Below are positions 9,211-20,857 of a stretch of DNA of 64,000 bases, one piece after another. Within the stretch, counting starts at the first letter, position 1, and each line of letters opens with the position of its first letter. Under the pieces are notes generated by a model that was given only the letters and a program-made list of their open reading frames with translations, did not search any database and was not told the DNA's origin. The stretch lies in NCBI GenBank assembly GCA_963774265.1, contig CAVZDU010000001.1:960001-1024000 (forward strand), read 5' to 3'. Made by a program: the position numbers and the translations under genes. The stretch is from an uncultured Chloroflexia bacterium. GTDB lineage: Bacteria > Chloroflexota > Anaerolineae > CG2-30-64-16.

Positions 9211-10751
9211 TGGGGCAACTCCTGGTGTCGACGCATTCTGATCCCTGTATCCTCGTCATCGGCGCCGGTCCTGCAGGTCTGGCAGCGGCCGTCACGGCTG
9301 CTGAACTCGGCCTACGCGTGGTGTTGATGGATGAGGCGGCCACTCCAGGTGGGCAGTATCTCTCTGGGGGTGACTCAGCCAGCGACGATCGTGCAGCCGC
9401 AGGGCACGGCTCTCAGGCAAAAGCGGAACGCGACGGAGCAGCGTTGATGGCCCGTGCAAACGTACTCAGCCGCGCGGCGGGATCCCGCCTCGGGCTTCGG
9501 TGTGGCGCGACCGTGTGGAGCCTCACTCCCAGTCCCGACGGGACGGCTCCCGGCCTCATCGCCATGGTCCATCACGGTGGCAGATACGGCACCCGGGCCG
9601 GCTCCGAGCGCGTCGAGGCGGATGCCGTCATCCTGGCCACGGGCGCGCGGGAGACGGTCGCTCCGTTTCCCGGCTGGACCTTGCCGGGGGTGATGACGGT
9701 GGGGGCGGCCCAATTGCTGGTCAAGCGCCACGGGGTCAGTCCCGCTGGGCCGGGGCAGCGAGTCTTGCTCGCGGGATCAGGACTGCTCTTGCTGCCGGCG
9801 GCGGCACGGTTAGTCGAGGCCGGCGCATACGTCGTGGGAGTTCTGGAAGCCGCGCACCTGGATGCATCCACCATTCGCCAAGCCGCCTTGTCCGGGATTT
9901 CGGAATGGGCGCCGGCATTGTGGGATCGGTCAGGCGAAGGCTGGCACTATCTGTCCGCTTTGCGCAAGGGCCGCGTCCCATATCGGTTTGGCCGGGCGGT
10001 GGTCCGGGCAAGGGGAGTCGAGCGTGTGGAAGCGGTGGATATCGCACGACTGGACCGCACAGGCGCACCGCTCCCGGGGCTTACGGAGACGTGGCCGGTC
10101 GATCTCTTGTGTGTCGGCTACGGTTTAGTCCCGAATATCGAATTGGCCCAACTGGCAGGGGCCAGGGTCCGCTACAGTGCGGAATTGGGTGGATGGGCCG
10201 TTGAAGTGGATGAACTATCGGGGGTGCAGACGACCGTGCCGGGTCTGTTTGTGGCAGGAGAGACCTCCGGCATCAGAGGTGCGGGCAGCGCATTGTTGAG
10301 CGGGCGGCTTGCGACAATGAGCGCCGCGGCATGGCTGGGTCGGCTGCCCCAGGCCGCACTGCAGGCCGAATTGGCCGGCGCCGCGCGGCGCCGGCGGCAG
10401 GATGCGCGTTTCGGCGCCCTGATCAATCTGCTGTTTGGCGCTCCGGACGGGCTAACGCGGGCCATCCCCGACGACACACCCATGTGCCGGTGCGAGGAAG
10501 TGACCGCCGGACAGGTGCGGGCAGCCATTGCAGCGGGTTCACGGTCGTTGGATGCGTTGAAACCGGCCTTGCGTGTCGGGCAGGGCCTTTGTCAGGGGCG
10601 CACATGTGGTCCGGCGTTGGCGGGCATGATCGCCATCGAAACAGGTAGATCTGTTGAGGCATCCGGACTGTTTCAAACGCGCCCGCCGGTCAAGCCTGTG
10701 CCGCTCGCCGCAATCGCCGGACCGGCTGCAGTGGGGGATGGTTCACTGTGA
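9210..10751 (+). CDS. FAD/NAD(P) oxidoreductase with BFD-like [2Fe-2S] domain (HcnB/LhpE/OoxA-like)
   Basis: IGAGPAGLAAA, LATGARE, PFPGWTLPGV, CRCEEVT, GxGLCQGRTC, RPPVKP. Confidence 0.88.
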   Translation: MGQLLVSTHSDPCILVIGAGPAGLAAAVTAAELGLRVVLMDEAATPGGQYLSGGDSASDDRAAAGHGSQAKAERDGAALMARANVLSRAAGSRLGLRCGATVWSLTPSPDGTAPGLIAMVHHGGRYGTRAGSERVEADAVILATGARETVAPFPGWTLPGVMTVGAAQLLVKRHGVSPAGPGQRVLLAGSGLLLLPAAARLVEAGAYVVGVLEAAHLDASTIRQAALSGISEWAPALWDRSGEGWHYLSALRKGRVPYRFGRAVVRARGVERVEAVDIARLDRTGAPLPGLTETWPVDLLCVGYGLVPNIELAQLAGARVRYSAELGGWAVEVDELSGVQTTVPGLFVAGETSGIRGAGSALLSGRLATMSAAAWLGRLPQAALQAELAGAARRRRQDARFGALINLLFGAPDGLTRAIPDDTPMCRCEEVTAGQVRAAIAAGSRSLDALKPALRVGQGLCQGRTCGPALAGMIAIETGRSVEASGLFQTRPPVKPVPLAAIAGPAAVGDGSL

Positions 10752-11959
10752 AGGCCCACGCGGATGTGATCGTTGTCGGTGGCGGCATTGTGGGCGCAGC
10801 GTGCGCTTACTACCTGGCGCAGTCCGGCATCGGCGTCCAGGTCCTGGAGCGCCAGTTCTTTGCCAGCGGCACATCTCGTGCATGTGACGGATTGATCCTT
10901 TCCTGGGATAAGCAGTCGCCGGCCGAGCTTGAACTGGGACAGGCCAGCGCCGCACTATGGGCCAGTTTGGCTGATGAGCTGCCTTTCGATTTCGAGTACC
11001 GGCGCCAGGGCTCGATTGTCCTTGCCGAAACAGGGGATACCCTGGCTGACCTGCACAAGAAAGCGGTCGACCTGGGGGAGGCCGGCATCCGCGCAGAGAT
11101 GTTGGATGCAGCGGGGCTACTGGTGCTCGAACCCAACCTGGCGCCGGATCTGGCCGGGGGCGTCTTCTACCCTGACGATGCACAGCTCGACGCCCGCCTG
11201 GCGACGCTGGCATTGCTTGAAGAGGCTGCCCGCCTCGGTGCTGACCTGAGGCAAGGTGTCGAAGTACGCGGCTTACAGCGGCAGCACGATGGCCGCGTGA
11301 CGGGCGTCCTCACCGCTGATGGCGCGATCGAAGCGGATGACGTGGTGATCGCCGGTGGGGTGTGGAGCAGCGAGATGCTGCGCGAAGCCGGGCTGGACCT
11401 GCCGATCCGACCGCGCAAGGGGCACATCGTCGTCGCGTCGGTGCGCCACATGCCCGACCTGATTGCCCATCCGCTGGCGGAGGGAAGCTATGCGGCCTCC
11501 GTGAAATCGTCAGCCGAAGATGTGCAGGTGGCGCTCATCGCAGAAAAGACGGCCAGCGACACGCTGCTTCTGGGCAGCAGTCGTGAGTTCTGCGGCTTCG
11601 ATCGGTCGGTTCGAGTGGAGGTCATCCAGGCGATTGCGGCGCGCGCGATCCGATTCCTGCCTGCACTGGCTACGGCAAGTGCAATGCGGAGTTATGCAGG
11701 CCTCCGGCCGTGGAGCCCGGATCATCTCCCATTGATCGGACCGGTGGACACCCATCCGGGGTTGTTTTTGGCTGCAGGGCATGAAGGAGCCGGCATCGGC
11801 CTCGCGCCGATCACGGGCCGCATGATCGCTGACTGGATCAGGTGCTACCCTGACGGGCCTACCGTCGACGCAGAACCGCGGCGCGCTGGCGTCGCACCAG
11901 ATCCCCACGGGGGACTTCCCATGGGGTGGACCGCAACTCGGCCGGGACGTTTTCTCTAG
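10748..11959 (+). CDS. DAO-family FAD oxidoreductase (HcnC/LhpB-like catalytic subunit)
   Basis: VGGGIVGAACAY, PRKGH, YAGLRPWSPDHLPLIG, GHEGAGI. Confidence 0.88.
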   Translation: MKAHADVIVVGGGIVGAACAYYLAQSGIGVQVLERQFFASGTSRACDGLILSWDKQSPAELELGQASAALWASLADELPFDFEYRRQGSIVLAETGDTLADLHKKAVDLGEAGIRAEMLDAAGLLVLEPNLAPDLAGGVFYPDDAQLDARLATLALLEEAARLGADLRQGVEVRGLQRQHDGRVTGVLTADGAIEADDVVIAGGVWSSEMLREAGLDLPIRPRKGHIVVASVRHMPDLIAHPLAEGSYAASVKSSAEDVQVALIAEKTASDTLLLGSSREFCGFDRSVRVEVIQAIAARAIRFLPALATASAMRSYAGLRPWSPDHLPLIGPVDTHPGLFLAAGHEGAGIGLAPITGRMIADWIRCYPDGPTVDAEPRRAGVAPDPHGGLPMGWTATRPGRFL

Positions 11960-12006
11960 GTGTCTGGAAACGATCCGGTCCAAATAACTGATGTGAGGTG
12001 GAGAAT

Positions 12007-12876
12007 ATGGCACAAGCTCTAACAACGGTCGTCTCTTCGTCCAAGAAAAGGGTTGAGATCAATCGGGAGAAGCCCACAGTGATCGTCGGAGAGCGCATCA
12101 ATCCGACTGGGCGAAAGCAGGTGCTTGCGGCGTTCGCTGCCGGCGATTTCGGCATTGCCCGCAGTGATGCAATTGCACAGGTCGAGGCGGGTGCGCACAT
12201 GTTGGATGTGAATGCAGGCGTGCCCGGCGCGGATGAACCGGAGTTGCTGGTCCAGGTGTTGAAGAGCGTCATGGAAGTCACTGACGTTCCTTTGTGCATC
12301 GACACGGCTGATCCCCTGGCGCTCGCCGCCGCACTAAAGCTGTATCAAGGCAAGGCGCTGATCAACTCCTGTAACGGTGAGGAGCGCTCCCTCGATGCGG
12401 TGCTGCCGATTGTCAAGGAGCACGGCGCTGCCGTGATCGCCCTTTGCATGGATGATGATGGCATCCCTGATACCGCCCAGGGCCGGTTGAAGGTGGCGGG
12501 AAAGATCATCGAGCGCGCAGGCAAGATGGGCATCCCCATCGAAGACATTGTAGTCGATCCGCTCGCCCTGACAATGGGGGCGGACAGTACCGCTGGTCGC
12601 GTGGCACTGGATGCTATTGAGTTGATCGTGGCCGAATTCGGTGTCAACATCACCATGGGCGCCAGCAATATCTCGTTTGGCATGCCCGACCGTCCGTACA
12701 TCAACTCGGCATTCATCGCGATGGCGATCCACGCGGGCCTGACCTGCCCGATCACCAATCCGTTGGTCACTCCCGTGATCACAGCCATTCTTGCCGCGGA
12801 TCTGGCCATGGGCCACGATTCGTACGGCTCGCGGTGGATCAAGGCCTATCGCAAGCGCCAGAGCACCGGCGCCTGA
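12007..12876 (+). CDS. Methylcorrinoid:tetrahydrofolate methyltransferase (pterin-binding, AcsE/MetH-like)
   Basis: IVGERINPTG, LDVNAG, PLCIDT, LINS, DPL, GASNISFG. Confidence 0.9.
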   Translation: MAQALTTVVSSSKKRVEINREKPTVIVGERINPTGRKQVLAAFAAGDFGIARSDAIAQVEAGAHMLDVNAGVPGADEPELLVQVLKSVMEVTDVPLCIDTADPLALAAALKLYQGKALINSCNGEERSLDAVLPIVKEHGAAVIALCMDDDGIPDTAQGRLKVAGKIIERAGKMGIPIEDIVVDPLALTMGADSTAGRVALDAIELIVAEFGVNITMGASNISFGMPDRPYINSAFIAMAIHAGLTCPITNPLVTPVITAILAADLAMGHDSYGSRWIKAYRKRQSTGA

Positions 12877-12917
12877 CAGTTACGCAGGCGATCGCCTGCA
12901 CCCAGGGTGAGGCGCAT

Positions 12918-13565
12918 ATGGTTGGGGAGACATTCACGCTGACCGATGCCCAACGGGCATACCAGCAGATCAAGGATCGGATTATCACAACGGCGATGCA
13001 GCCGGGCGCGGTCATCCAGGAAGCTGACTTGATGAGCGAGCTGGGGTTGGGCCGCACTCCTGTGCGTGAAGCGCTGAAGCTCCTGGAGGCGGAAAACCTT
13101 GTCGTGGTCTCCCCCCGGCGCGGCATTTTTGTCACCGATGTCACCTTGACGGATCTGCTGCACGTGCAGGAAATCCGTCTTGAACTGGATTCGCTGTCCG
13201 CGCGGCTGGCTGTGCAACGCGCGATGCCTGTAGAGGTTGCTGAGTTGCGCAGACTGATCGCCGAAGCCAGGAAGTGCGAGGGCCACGGTGACCCGCAGGC
13301 GCTGCTAGCCATTGACCGTGAGCTCCATGCCGTACTGCGGGAAGCGTCCCACAATCGACTGTTGGCGAACGAATGCGAAATGCTGTTCAACCTGTCCCTG
13401 CGCATCTGGTACCTGTTCGTTCGCCGTCTCGAACCTCAGCATCTCGCGGAGGATGCCTTCGATGAGATCCTGGAGGCCATCAATACCGGGAATATCGCCC
13501 AGGCGGATCGTGCCATGCGGCGCCACATCATGTCTTTCGGCGATTCGATCAAACTGATTCTCTGA
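12918..13565 (+). CDS. GntR-family regulator (FCD domain)
   Basis: LGLGRTPVREALKLL...PRRG wHTH. FCD-like C-terminus (DRELH...N...MRRH). Confidence 0.9.
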   Translation: MVGETFTLTDAQRAYQQIKDRIITTAMQPGAVIQEADLMSELGLGRTPVREALKLLEAENLVVVSPRRGIFVTDVTLTDLLHVQEIRLELDSLSARLAVQRAMPVEVAELRRLIAEARKCEGHGDPQALLAIDRELHAVLREASHNRLLANECEMLFNLSLRIWYLFVRRLEPQHLAEDAFDEILEAINTGNIAQADRAMRRHIMSFGDSIKLIL

Positions 13566-13592
13566 TCCAATCATAGCAAGGGAGGCTAAGCT

Positions 13593-14232
13593 GTGAGTGA
13601 AGTTCTGATGAAAATATCTGAAGCGATCATCGAAGGCAACGTCGATGACATTGTCGATCTGACGGAGGAGGCCCTGGACGAGGGCTCCACTGCCGAGGAA
13701 GTCTTGAACCTGGGGCTAATGGCGGGCATGGACTACGTCGGCGTCGAGTTCAAGGCCGGCAATATGTTCGTCCCGGAGGTGCTGCGCTCGGCTAAGGCGA
13801 TGCAGTCCGCTATGGAGCTGCTGCGGCCACTGCTGGCGAAGGCGGGCATCAAGCACACCGGCAAGTTGCTGCTCGGCACCGTCAAGGGCGACTTGCATGA
13901 CATCGGCAAAAATCTGGTCGGCATGATGTGTGAGGGCGCCGGGTTCGAGGTCACGGACCTCGGCAAGGATATCGACGCCCGAACAGTTCGTGGCTGCGAT
14001 CAAAGAGCGGCAGCCCGATGTGTTGGGCATGTCCGCGCTTTTGACCACGACCATGCGCGCGATGGGACATACCATCAAGGCCCTGGAAGAAGCGGGTCTG
14101 CGCGATCAGGTTAAGGTGATGGTCGGCGGCGCACCTGTGACGCAGGCATTTGCGGATCAAATCAACGCCGACGGTTATGCGCCGAACGCGGCAGCCGCAG
14201 CGGAGCTGGCTCGCAAGCTGGTTGCTGCATAG
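13593..14232 (+). CDS. Corrinoid (B12-binding) protein 1 (one frameshift near 13975)
   Basis: FVPEVL, GTVKGDLHDIGKNLV (DxHxxG), GMSALLTTTM, MVGGAPV. Confidence 0.92.
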
Positions 14233-14278
14233 ACTTCAGCGCATCCCGCGAGGGGATGGTTCCCAAAGGAGAACCTAC

Positions 14279-15743
14279 ATGAGGACAAACTACGTAGCCA
14301 ATGCTGGCGTGCGCTTCAATGTGTTCTCGCAGGACCAGTTGGAGGAGCTGTTCAACGGCGTGTTGCACCTCTTGCAGTACACGGGTCTGGACGTAAAACA
14401 CGAGGAAGCACGTGACATTCTGGCGAAAGCCGGTGCATGGGTTGACGGCGAGCGTGTGCGGCTGCCCTCACACATGGTGAAGGATGCGTTGCGCAAGGCG
14501 CCGCGCAGCTTCACCCTCTGGGCTCGCGACGGCAATCCGAAGCATAACATCCACATCGGCCCTGGCCGCGCGCACTTCGGCCCCGGCCCCACGTGCACGC
14601 ACTTCATCGACGCGGAGACGTTGGAGCGCCGGCCGTACACAAAGGCAGACGTGCCGTTGGTGGCGCGGCTGGTGGATGCCCTGCCCAACATCGACTTCTG
14701 CGAGTCATTGGGCACGGTGGATGATGTGCACTTCGACTTGGGCGCGCTGTACGAGTTTGCGGGCATGTTCCCCAACACCAGCAAGCCCATTGTCGCCTGG
14801 TCATACGACAAGTTCGACTCGGCCGGCATTCACGAGATCGCCGTGGCCGAGGCCGGCGGGCAGCGGGCGTTCGAGCAGCGGCCCACCTACGTCCACTACT
14901 GCGAGCCGCTGTCGCCGCTGGTCAGCACGTTCGAGGCGCTCGACAAGCTGATCTTCGCCGCCACGCACCGCGTGCCCGCTGGTCTTCACGCCCTGCCCCA
15001 TTGCAGGCGGCACCGCGCCGATCACCGGCGCGGGCATCATCACCATGGGCGCGGCCGAGTCGTGGATGGGCCTGACGCTGGCACAAATCCTCCAGCCGGG
15101 CCTGCCCTTCTTCATGGGCGGCGTGTTCTCGGCGATGGACATGAACACGATGATCCTGGCCTACGGCGCGCCGGAACTGCCGCTGTACATGGCCGGCCTG
15201 ACCGAGCTGGCGCACTATGCCGGACTGCCGCTGTGGCAGACGGGCGGCTGCACCGACTCAAAGAGCTTCGACGGCCAGGCCATGATCGAAGGCTCGATGT
15301 CGGTGTTCTTCTCGGCGCTCACCAGCGGCGACCTGTGTCACGATGTGGGCTACACCGAAAGCGCCATGACCGGCTCGCTCTTCCAGCTTTGCGCCATGGA
15401 CGAGGCCATCGGCTACTCGCGGCGCATCACGCGCGGCATCGAGGTCAACGATGACACGCTGGCCGTGGAGGTCATCAACAAGGTCGGTCCCAACAACCAC
15501 TACCTGCGCCAGCCGCATACCCGCAAGTATTACAAGAGCGAGTACTTCTATCCCAAGCTGCTCGACCGGCAGGACTTCGAGAACTGGGAGTCCAGCGGCA
15601 GCATGACGATGAAGGATCGCACCATCGCCCGCGTGCGCGACATCCTGGCGACGCACAAGGCCTCGCCGGTCAAGCCGGAGACCCAGAAGGTCATCGAGAA
15701 GGTTCTGGCGGAGGCGGAGGATCGGGTCAAGGACAAGGTTTAG
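14279..15743 (+). CDS. Trimethylamine methyltransferase (MttB) family protein 1, non-pyrrolysine (frameshift near 14980)
   Basis: EPLSPL, AGGTAPITGAG, MDMNT, YGAPE, GCTDSK..DGQA, HDVGY, VGPNNHYL. Confidence 0.9.
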
Positions 15744-15763
15744 TTCACGCAAGAGAGGACACC

Positions 15764-16406
15764 ATGAGCAGACTACTCGAAAAAATGTCCACCGCCATCC
15801 TGGAAGGGGATGCGGAAAAGATCCCCAAGCTGGTGAAGAAGGCGCTGGGCGAGGGCGTATCGGCCAAAGACATCCTGGACAACGGCCTGTTGGTCGGCAT
15901 GAACGAGGTCGGTGTACGTTTCAAGGCCGGCGATATGTTCGTGCCCGAGGTGCTGATGTCGGCCGAGGCGATGCAGTCGGCCATGGTTGTGCTGCGGCCG
16001 CAACTGGCCAAGAGCGGCGCACAAGCAGATCGGCAAGGTGATGCTGGGCACGGTCAAGGGCGACCTGCACGACATCGGCAAGAACCTGGTGGGCATGATG
16101 TGCGAGGGCGCGGGCTTCGAGGTCATCGACATCGGCTTCAATGTCGATCCGGAGAAGTTCGTCGAGCAGATCAAGAAGCATCAGCCGCAGGTCGTCGGCA
16201 TGTCGGCCATGTTGACGACCACGATGCGCGCGATGGGCCACACGATCAAGGCGATCGAGGAAGCCGGCCTGCGCGACACCGTGAAGATCATGGTCGGCGG
16301 CGCGCCGGTGGACGCCGAGTTCGCCAAGCGCATCGGCGCGGACGGCTACGGCTCGAATGCGCCTGCCGGCGCCGATCTGGCCAAGAAATTCGTCGGCGCG
16401 GCCTGA
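15764..16406 (+). CDS. Corrinoid protein 2 (frameshift near 16020)
   Basis: GTVKGDLHDIGKNLVGMMCEGAGFEV, MSAMLTTTM. Close paralogue of corrinoid protein 1. Confidence 0.92.
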
Positions 16407-16409
16407 GCC

Positions 16410-17141
16410 ATGGGGCACGTTGAGCGCAACGCAGTGAAACCGCCCGTCGTCATCCTGACGTGCCGAGTGCTGATGAGCGCGTTGGAGCGCTTGGTGCCAC
16501 CCGATCTGGCCTCCGAGGTTCGGTTCCTGGACTACGGCCTGCATCGCGTGCCGGTTAAGCTCACTGCGGCGGTGCAGGAAAGCCTGGAGTCGATCGAGCA
16601 AGCCAGCCTGGTCGTGCTCGGTTACGGCCTGTGCGGGAATGGGTTGCGCGGGATTCAGTCAGGACAGCACACCTTGCTGATCCCACGCACTGATGACTGC
16701 ATCGCCATCTTGCTGGGTTCGTACAAGGCATACATGCAGCAGTTCCAGGCAGTGCCAGGCACTTACTACCTGACCAAGGGATGGCTCGAATCGGGCAGCG
16801 ATCCGCTGAGGGAATACGAGGAGTATTCGGCTAAGTGGGGCGAAGAAACCGCCATGTGGCTGATGGATCAGCAATACCAGAACTACAAGCGCCTGGTGCT
16901 GGTGGCCCCCAATGCCGAAGAGATGACCCAATATCGCCCGCAGGCGCTCGAAGTCGCCAACTTCTGCAAGCGCTGGGGAATGGTCTACGAGGAGATGTTC
17001 GGGTCCGACGACTATGTGCGCCGGCTGATCGAAACGGCTATTCGAGTGAGGGATTCTGGAACGGATACCGGCCCTATCGGCCCCGACTTTCTTGTGATTC
17101 GGCCCGGCGGGGAGATCGAACAGGCGATGTTCATGCGCTAA
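16410..17141 (+). CDS. DUF1638 domain protein
   Basis: GLHxxP, LGYGLCGNG, DDCIAILLGS, YYLTKGW. Typical neighbour of corrinoid methyltransferase systems. Confidence 0.85.
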   Translation: MGHVERNAVKPPVVILTCRVLMSALERLVPPDLASEVRFLDYGLHRVPVKLTAAVQESLESIEQASLVVLGYGLCGNGLRGIQSGQHTLLIPRTDDCIAILLGSYKAYMQQFQAVPGTYYLTKGWLESGSDPLREYEEYSAKWGEETAMWLMDQQYQNYKRLVLVAPNAEEMTQYRPQALEVANFCKRWGMVYEEMFGSDDYVRRLIETAIRVRDSGTDTGPIGPDFLVIRPGGEIEQAMFMR

Positions 17142-17196
17142 CGTGCTTACTACGCACTCGAAAGCGTGCAGACGCACGAAGAGGAGATCAACGACC

Positions 17197-18711
17197 ATGC
17201 AGAGAATAAGAATAACTACACGGTCAACGCCACGCCCACGATTCAGGTGCTGACCGAGCAGCAGATCGAAGCGATCTACTACGCCGCGCTCGGCGTCCTC
17301 TCAGAGACCGGCGTGCACGTTTACGACAAGGAAGGTTGGGATCTGGCCTACCAGGGCGGCGCCGTCGTCGAAGACGTGCAGGCCGACAACGCGCTGGTCA
17401 AGATGCCTTCCTGGATGGTGGACAAGGCCCGCGCCACGCTGCCGCAACGCATCCGCGTCATCGGCCCCGCTGGCGCCGACGGCGTGCGCAAGTACAAGAT
17501 GGATCTGTACAAGAACACGATGTACTTCGGCACCGGCTCGGATACGCCGTTCACCCTCGATCCTTACACCCAGGCGCCGCCGCGCGGTGTACAAGGATGT
17601 GAAGAACCTGGCCAAGCTGGCGGAGGCGCTGCCGAACGTCGACTTCTTCATGTCGCTCGGCATCACGCAGGACACGGCCGTCGGCACGTACGACCGCTGG
17701 CAGTACCTGGCAATGCTCGAAGCCACGACCAAGCCGATCAACATCACCGCGGTGGACATCGAGGGCCTCAAGGATCAGCTCGAGATGGCCTACATCCGGC
17801 TGGGCGGCAAGGAAGAGTGGAAGAAGGCGCCCTGTTTCTCGCTTTACAACGAGCCGGTGTCGCCGCTGAGCCACTCCGAGGAAGTGATCCAGAAGCTGCT
17901 CTTCTGCGCGGACCACGATATCCCGATCGTCTACACGCCGTGCCCGTTGGCGGGCGCGACTTCGCCCGCCACGTTGGCCGGCACGATGGTGCAGGCGCTC
18001 ACCGAGAGCCTCTTCGGCATCGTCCTCAGCCAGTTGCGCAAGCCGGGCACGGAGGTCATCATCGGCGGCCTGATGTCTGCCATGGACATGCAGACGGCGG
18101 TCTACCCGTACGGCTCGCCCGAAATGGCGCTGCTGAGCGCGGGCTACACCGAGATCACCAAGTGGCTGCGGGTGCCCGAGTACGAAACCGCCGGCTGCTC
18201 CGACGCCAAATGCTTCGACGAGCAGGCGTGCATGGAGGCCGCGATCAACATCAGCACCGCGGCCCTGGTCGGCGGCAACATGATCCACGACATCGGCTAC
18301 ATCGAGCAGGGCCTGTGCAGCAGCCCGCACATGTTGGTCGCGTCGGATGAGATCATCAGCCGCGCCAAGCGCATCCTGCGCGGCATCCCGGTCGATGCGG
18401 ACACGCAGGCGCTCGACGTCCTGGATGAGATCGGTCCGGGCGGCCACTTCCTGGGGCACGATCACACCTTCAGCCGCTTCAAGACGGAGAACTGGCGATC
18501 CGCGCTGGCTGACCGGCAGGTCTACGCTGACTGGGAAACTTCCGGCAGCAAGAACTACCAGCAGCGTGTGCACGAGCGGATGATCGAGATTCTCGAAGCC
18601 GAGACCGAACCGCTGCTCGATCCGAAGATGTACCAGGAACTGCACCGCATCTGCGAGCTGGCGGACGCGCGGCACAAGGACGAAGAGCTCGACGTCCAGA
18701 TGTTTGTGTAA
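17197..18711 (+). CDS. MttB family methyltransferase 2, non-pyrrolysine (frameshifts near 17210 and 17575)
   Basis: FGTGSD, LPNVDF, EPVSPL, GATSPATLAGT, YGSPE, GCSDAK..DEQA, HDIGY, GPGGHFL. Confidence 0.9.
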
Positions 18712-18716
18712 CTTTC

Positions 18717-18755
18717 GGTGCCCGGCACTGACGCCAGGTCTAAGTGCCGGGCACC
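18717..18755. repeat. Palindrome family B
   Basis: GGTGCCCGGCACT-N13-AGTGCCGGGCACC. Confidence 0.85.
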
Positions 18756-18781
18756 TAACGTCCCCAAAGGTCAGGTGACCC

Positions 18782-20807
18782 TTGACTACAGCTAGCGATA
18801 GTCTTGTTCTTGGCATCGACACCGGCGGCACCTATACCGACGCAGTCCTGCTGGAATACCATTCGCGGCGGGTGCTGGCCACACACAAGAGCCTGACCAC
18901 CAAGCGCGACTTTTCGATCGGGATCGAGCAGGTCATCGACGGCATCCACATCGATGATCCCTCGTCCGATCAAGATGGTCTCTATCTCCACAACCCTGGC
19001 GACAAACGCAATCGCCGAGGGCAAAGGGAAACGGGTCGCGCTTGCTTCTCATCGGCTACGATCCGGAACTGATCGCGAATTTTCAGCATGGAGCGGCCGG
19101 TTTGCCACGCCGCATTTCTTCTATTTTCGCGGGGGCCATGACCTCTACGGCCGCGAGAAGGCCGAGTTGGACTTGACCGGCATCCTGGCCCAGGTGAACA
19201 AGATCAAGGACCGTGTCGACGCGATCGCGGTCTCCAGCTATTTCAGCCCGCTCAATCCCGAGCACGAAAACCGCGTCTACAACGCCATCTCCAGCATTTG
19301 TGACCTGCCGATCGTCCTGGGCCATCAGCTTTCGACCAGGCTTGGTTCGGTCGAACGCGCCACGACCGCTGCGCTGAATGCATCGCTGCTGGCGGTCTTG
19401 CAGGACTTCATCATCGCCGTGCGCCGGGCGATGGAGCGACGGCATATCGACGCGCCGCTGATGGTCGTGCGCGGGGACGGCACGCTGATGAGCGACGAGT
19501 TTGCTGCTCGCACGCCGGTCGAGACGATTCACTCGGGCCCGGCTGCCAGCGCCATCGGCGGCCGGTTCCTGACTAACCTGGATGAAGCGTTGGTCGTCGA
19601 TGTGGGCGGCACGACAACGGACCTGGCCCTGATCGAGGGCGGACAGGTGCGCGTCAGCACCGAGGGCGCCACTGTCGGCGAGTACAAGACGTCAGTGCAG
19701 GCGGCCCACCTTCTTTCGATCGCCCTGGGCGGCGACAGCCACATTCGTACGGCGCGCGATGGCCAGATTACCGTCGGCCCGGAGCGTGTGCTGCCGCTGG
19801 CGCACCTGGCCCACCTGCACCCGGACGTGGCCAGGCGGCTCAGGGCGCTGTCACGGCGGCAGTGGTCCCAGGCAACGCCCGACTGGCTGGAATACTGGTG
19901 CCTGTTGCGCGAGCCGCCGCCAGGCCTGCTCGAGAGCAGCCAGGAAGAGGCGCTGGTCGCCTTGCTGCGCGACGGTCCCCAGCCCGTGCCGGAAATTCTC
20001 AAGCACTTGAACGCACTCCACGTGGGTCAAATCCATGTGGCTGAGTTGATGCGCCAGGAGATCATCGGCAAGGCTGGCCTGACGCCCACCGATCTGATGC
20101 ATGTGGAGGGCAGCTACGCGCTATGGGATGTCGAATCCGCGAACCTGGCGCTGCAGGTGTTCAGCCATCATGTGCACGCCGCTGACCCTGCGCAGCGAGA
20201 GCCCGCACAAGTCCGCCGTCGCATCTGGGAGCGTATCACGGAGATGGCGGTGCATGCGATCGTTGCTTTCCTGACGGGAAAGCAGCTTCCGCCACCCGGA
20301 GCCGTCGATCCTGAGCGCGAAGAGGGCATCGGGCCCTGGTTCCTGCATAACAGCTTGTATCGCGTTCACCCCCACCTCGCCACCGAGTTTCATCTCAATA
20401 TCCCGATCATCGGCATCGGCGCGGCGGCCAGGCTGTTCCTGAAGCCGGTTGCCGAGGCGTTCCACACTGAGCTTGTGCTGCCAACGCACCATGAGGTGGC
20501 CAATGCGGTGGGCGCGATCGCCGGCAGCGTGATGGTCAGCGAGGAGGTGCTGGTCTATCCGCGGTTCGACGGGGCGGGGCTCGAGGTGCTGGGCTATTAT
20601 GTGCAGACCGGCGATCAGCGCACCGAAATCGATGATGTCACTGAAGCGCTGGCGCAGGCCCGAGCGCTGGCCCATGAGCGGGCGCTCGGCGGCGCGCTCC
20701 GCTCCGGCGCGGACAATCCCCAGGTGATGGTCGAACAACTCACCGACGGGCTTGACACCTACCGCGTTCGCGCCAAGGCCGTGGGCAACCCCCGCCTGGC
20801 GCGGTGA
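18782..20807 (+). CDS. Hydantoinase/oxoprolinase A family protein (frameshifted near the 5' end)
   Basis: LGIDTGGTYTDAV, STTLATNA, RATTAALNA, TIHSGPAAS, DVGGTTTD, GGDS, GLTPTDLMH, VANAVGA. Confidence 0.88.
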
Positions 20808-20839
20808 CGATTGAAGATCCAAGATTGAAGGCTGAAGAT
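20805..20839 (+). repeat. Heptamer array (TGAAGAT-like, 5 units)
   Basis: TGACGAT TGAAGAT CCAAGAT TGAAGGC TGAAGAT, starting at the upstream gene's TGA. Confidence 0.8.
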
Positions 20840-20857
20840 CCTGCAGGGGAGGATGGC

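Noticed and set aside
8923-11959. Hydrogen cyanide synthase hcnABC
   Set aside because: The same architecture is shared by opine, proline and hydroxyproline dehydrogenases, and the catabolic context favours these. Specificity cannot be read from motifs.
14279-18711. Pyrrolysine-containing methyltransferases
   Set aside because: No in-frame TAG at the Pyl position (Cys instead); the ORF breaks are indels; no pyl genes in the window.
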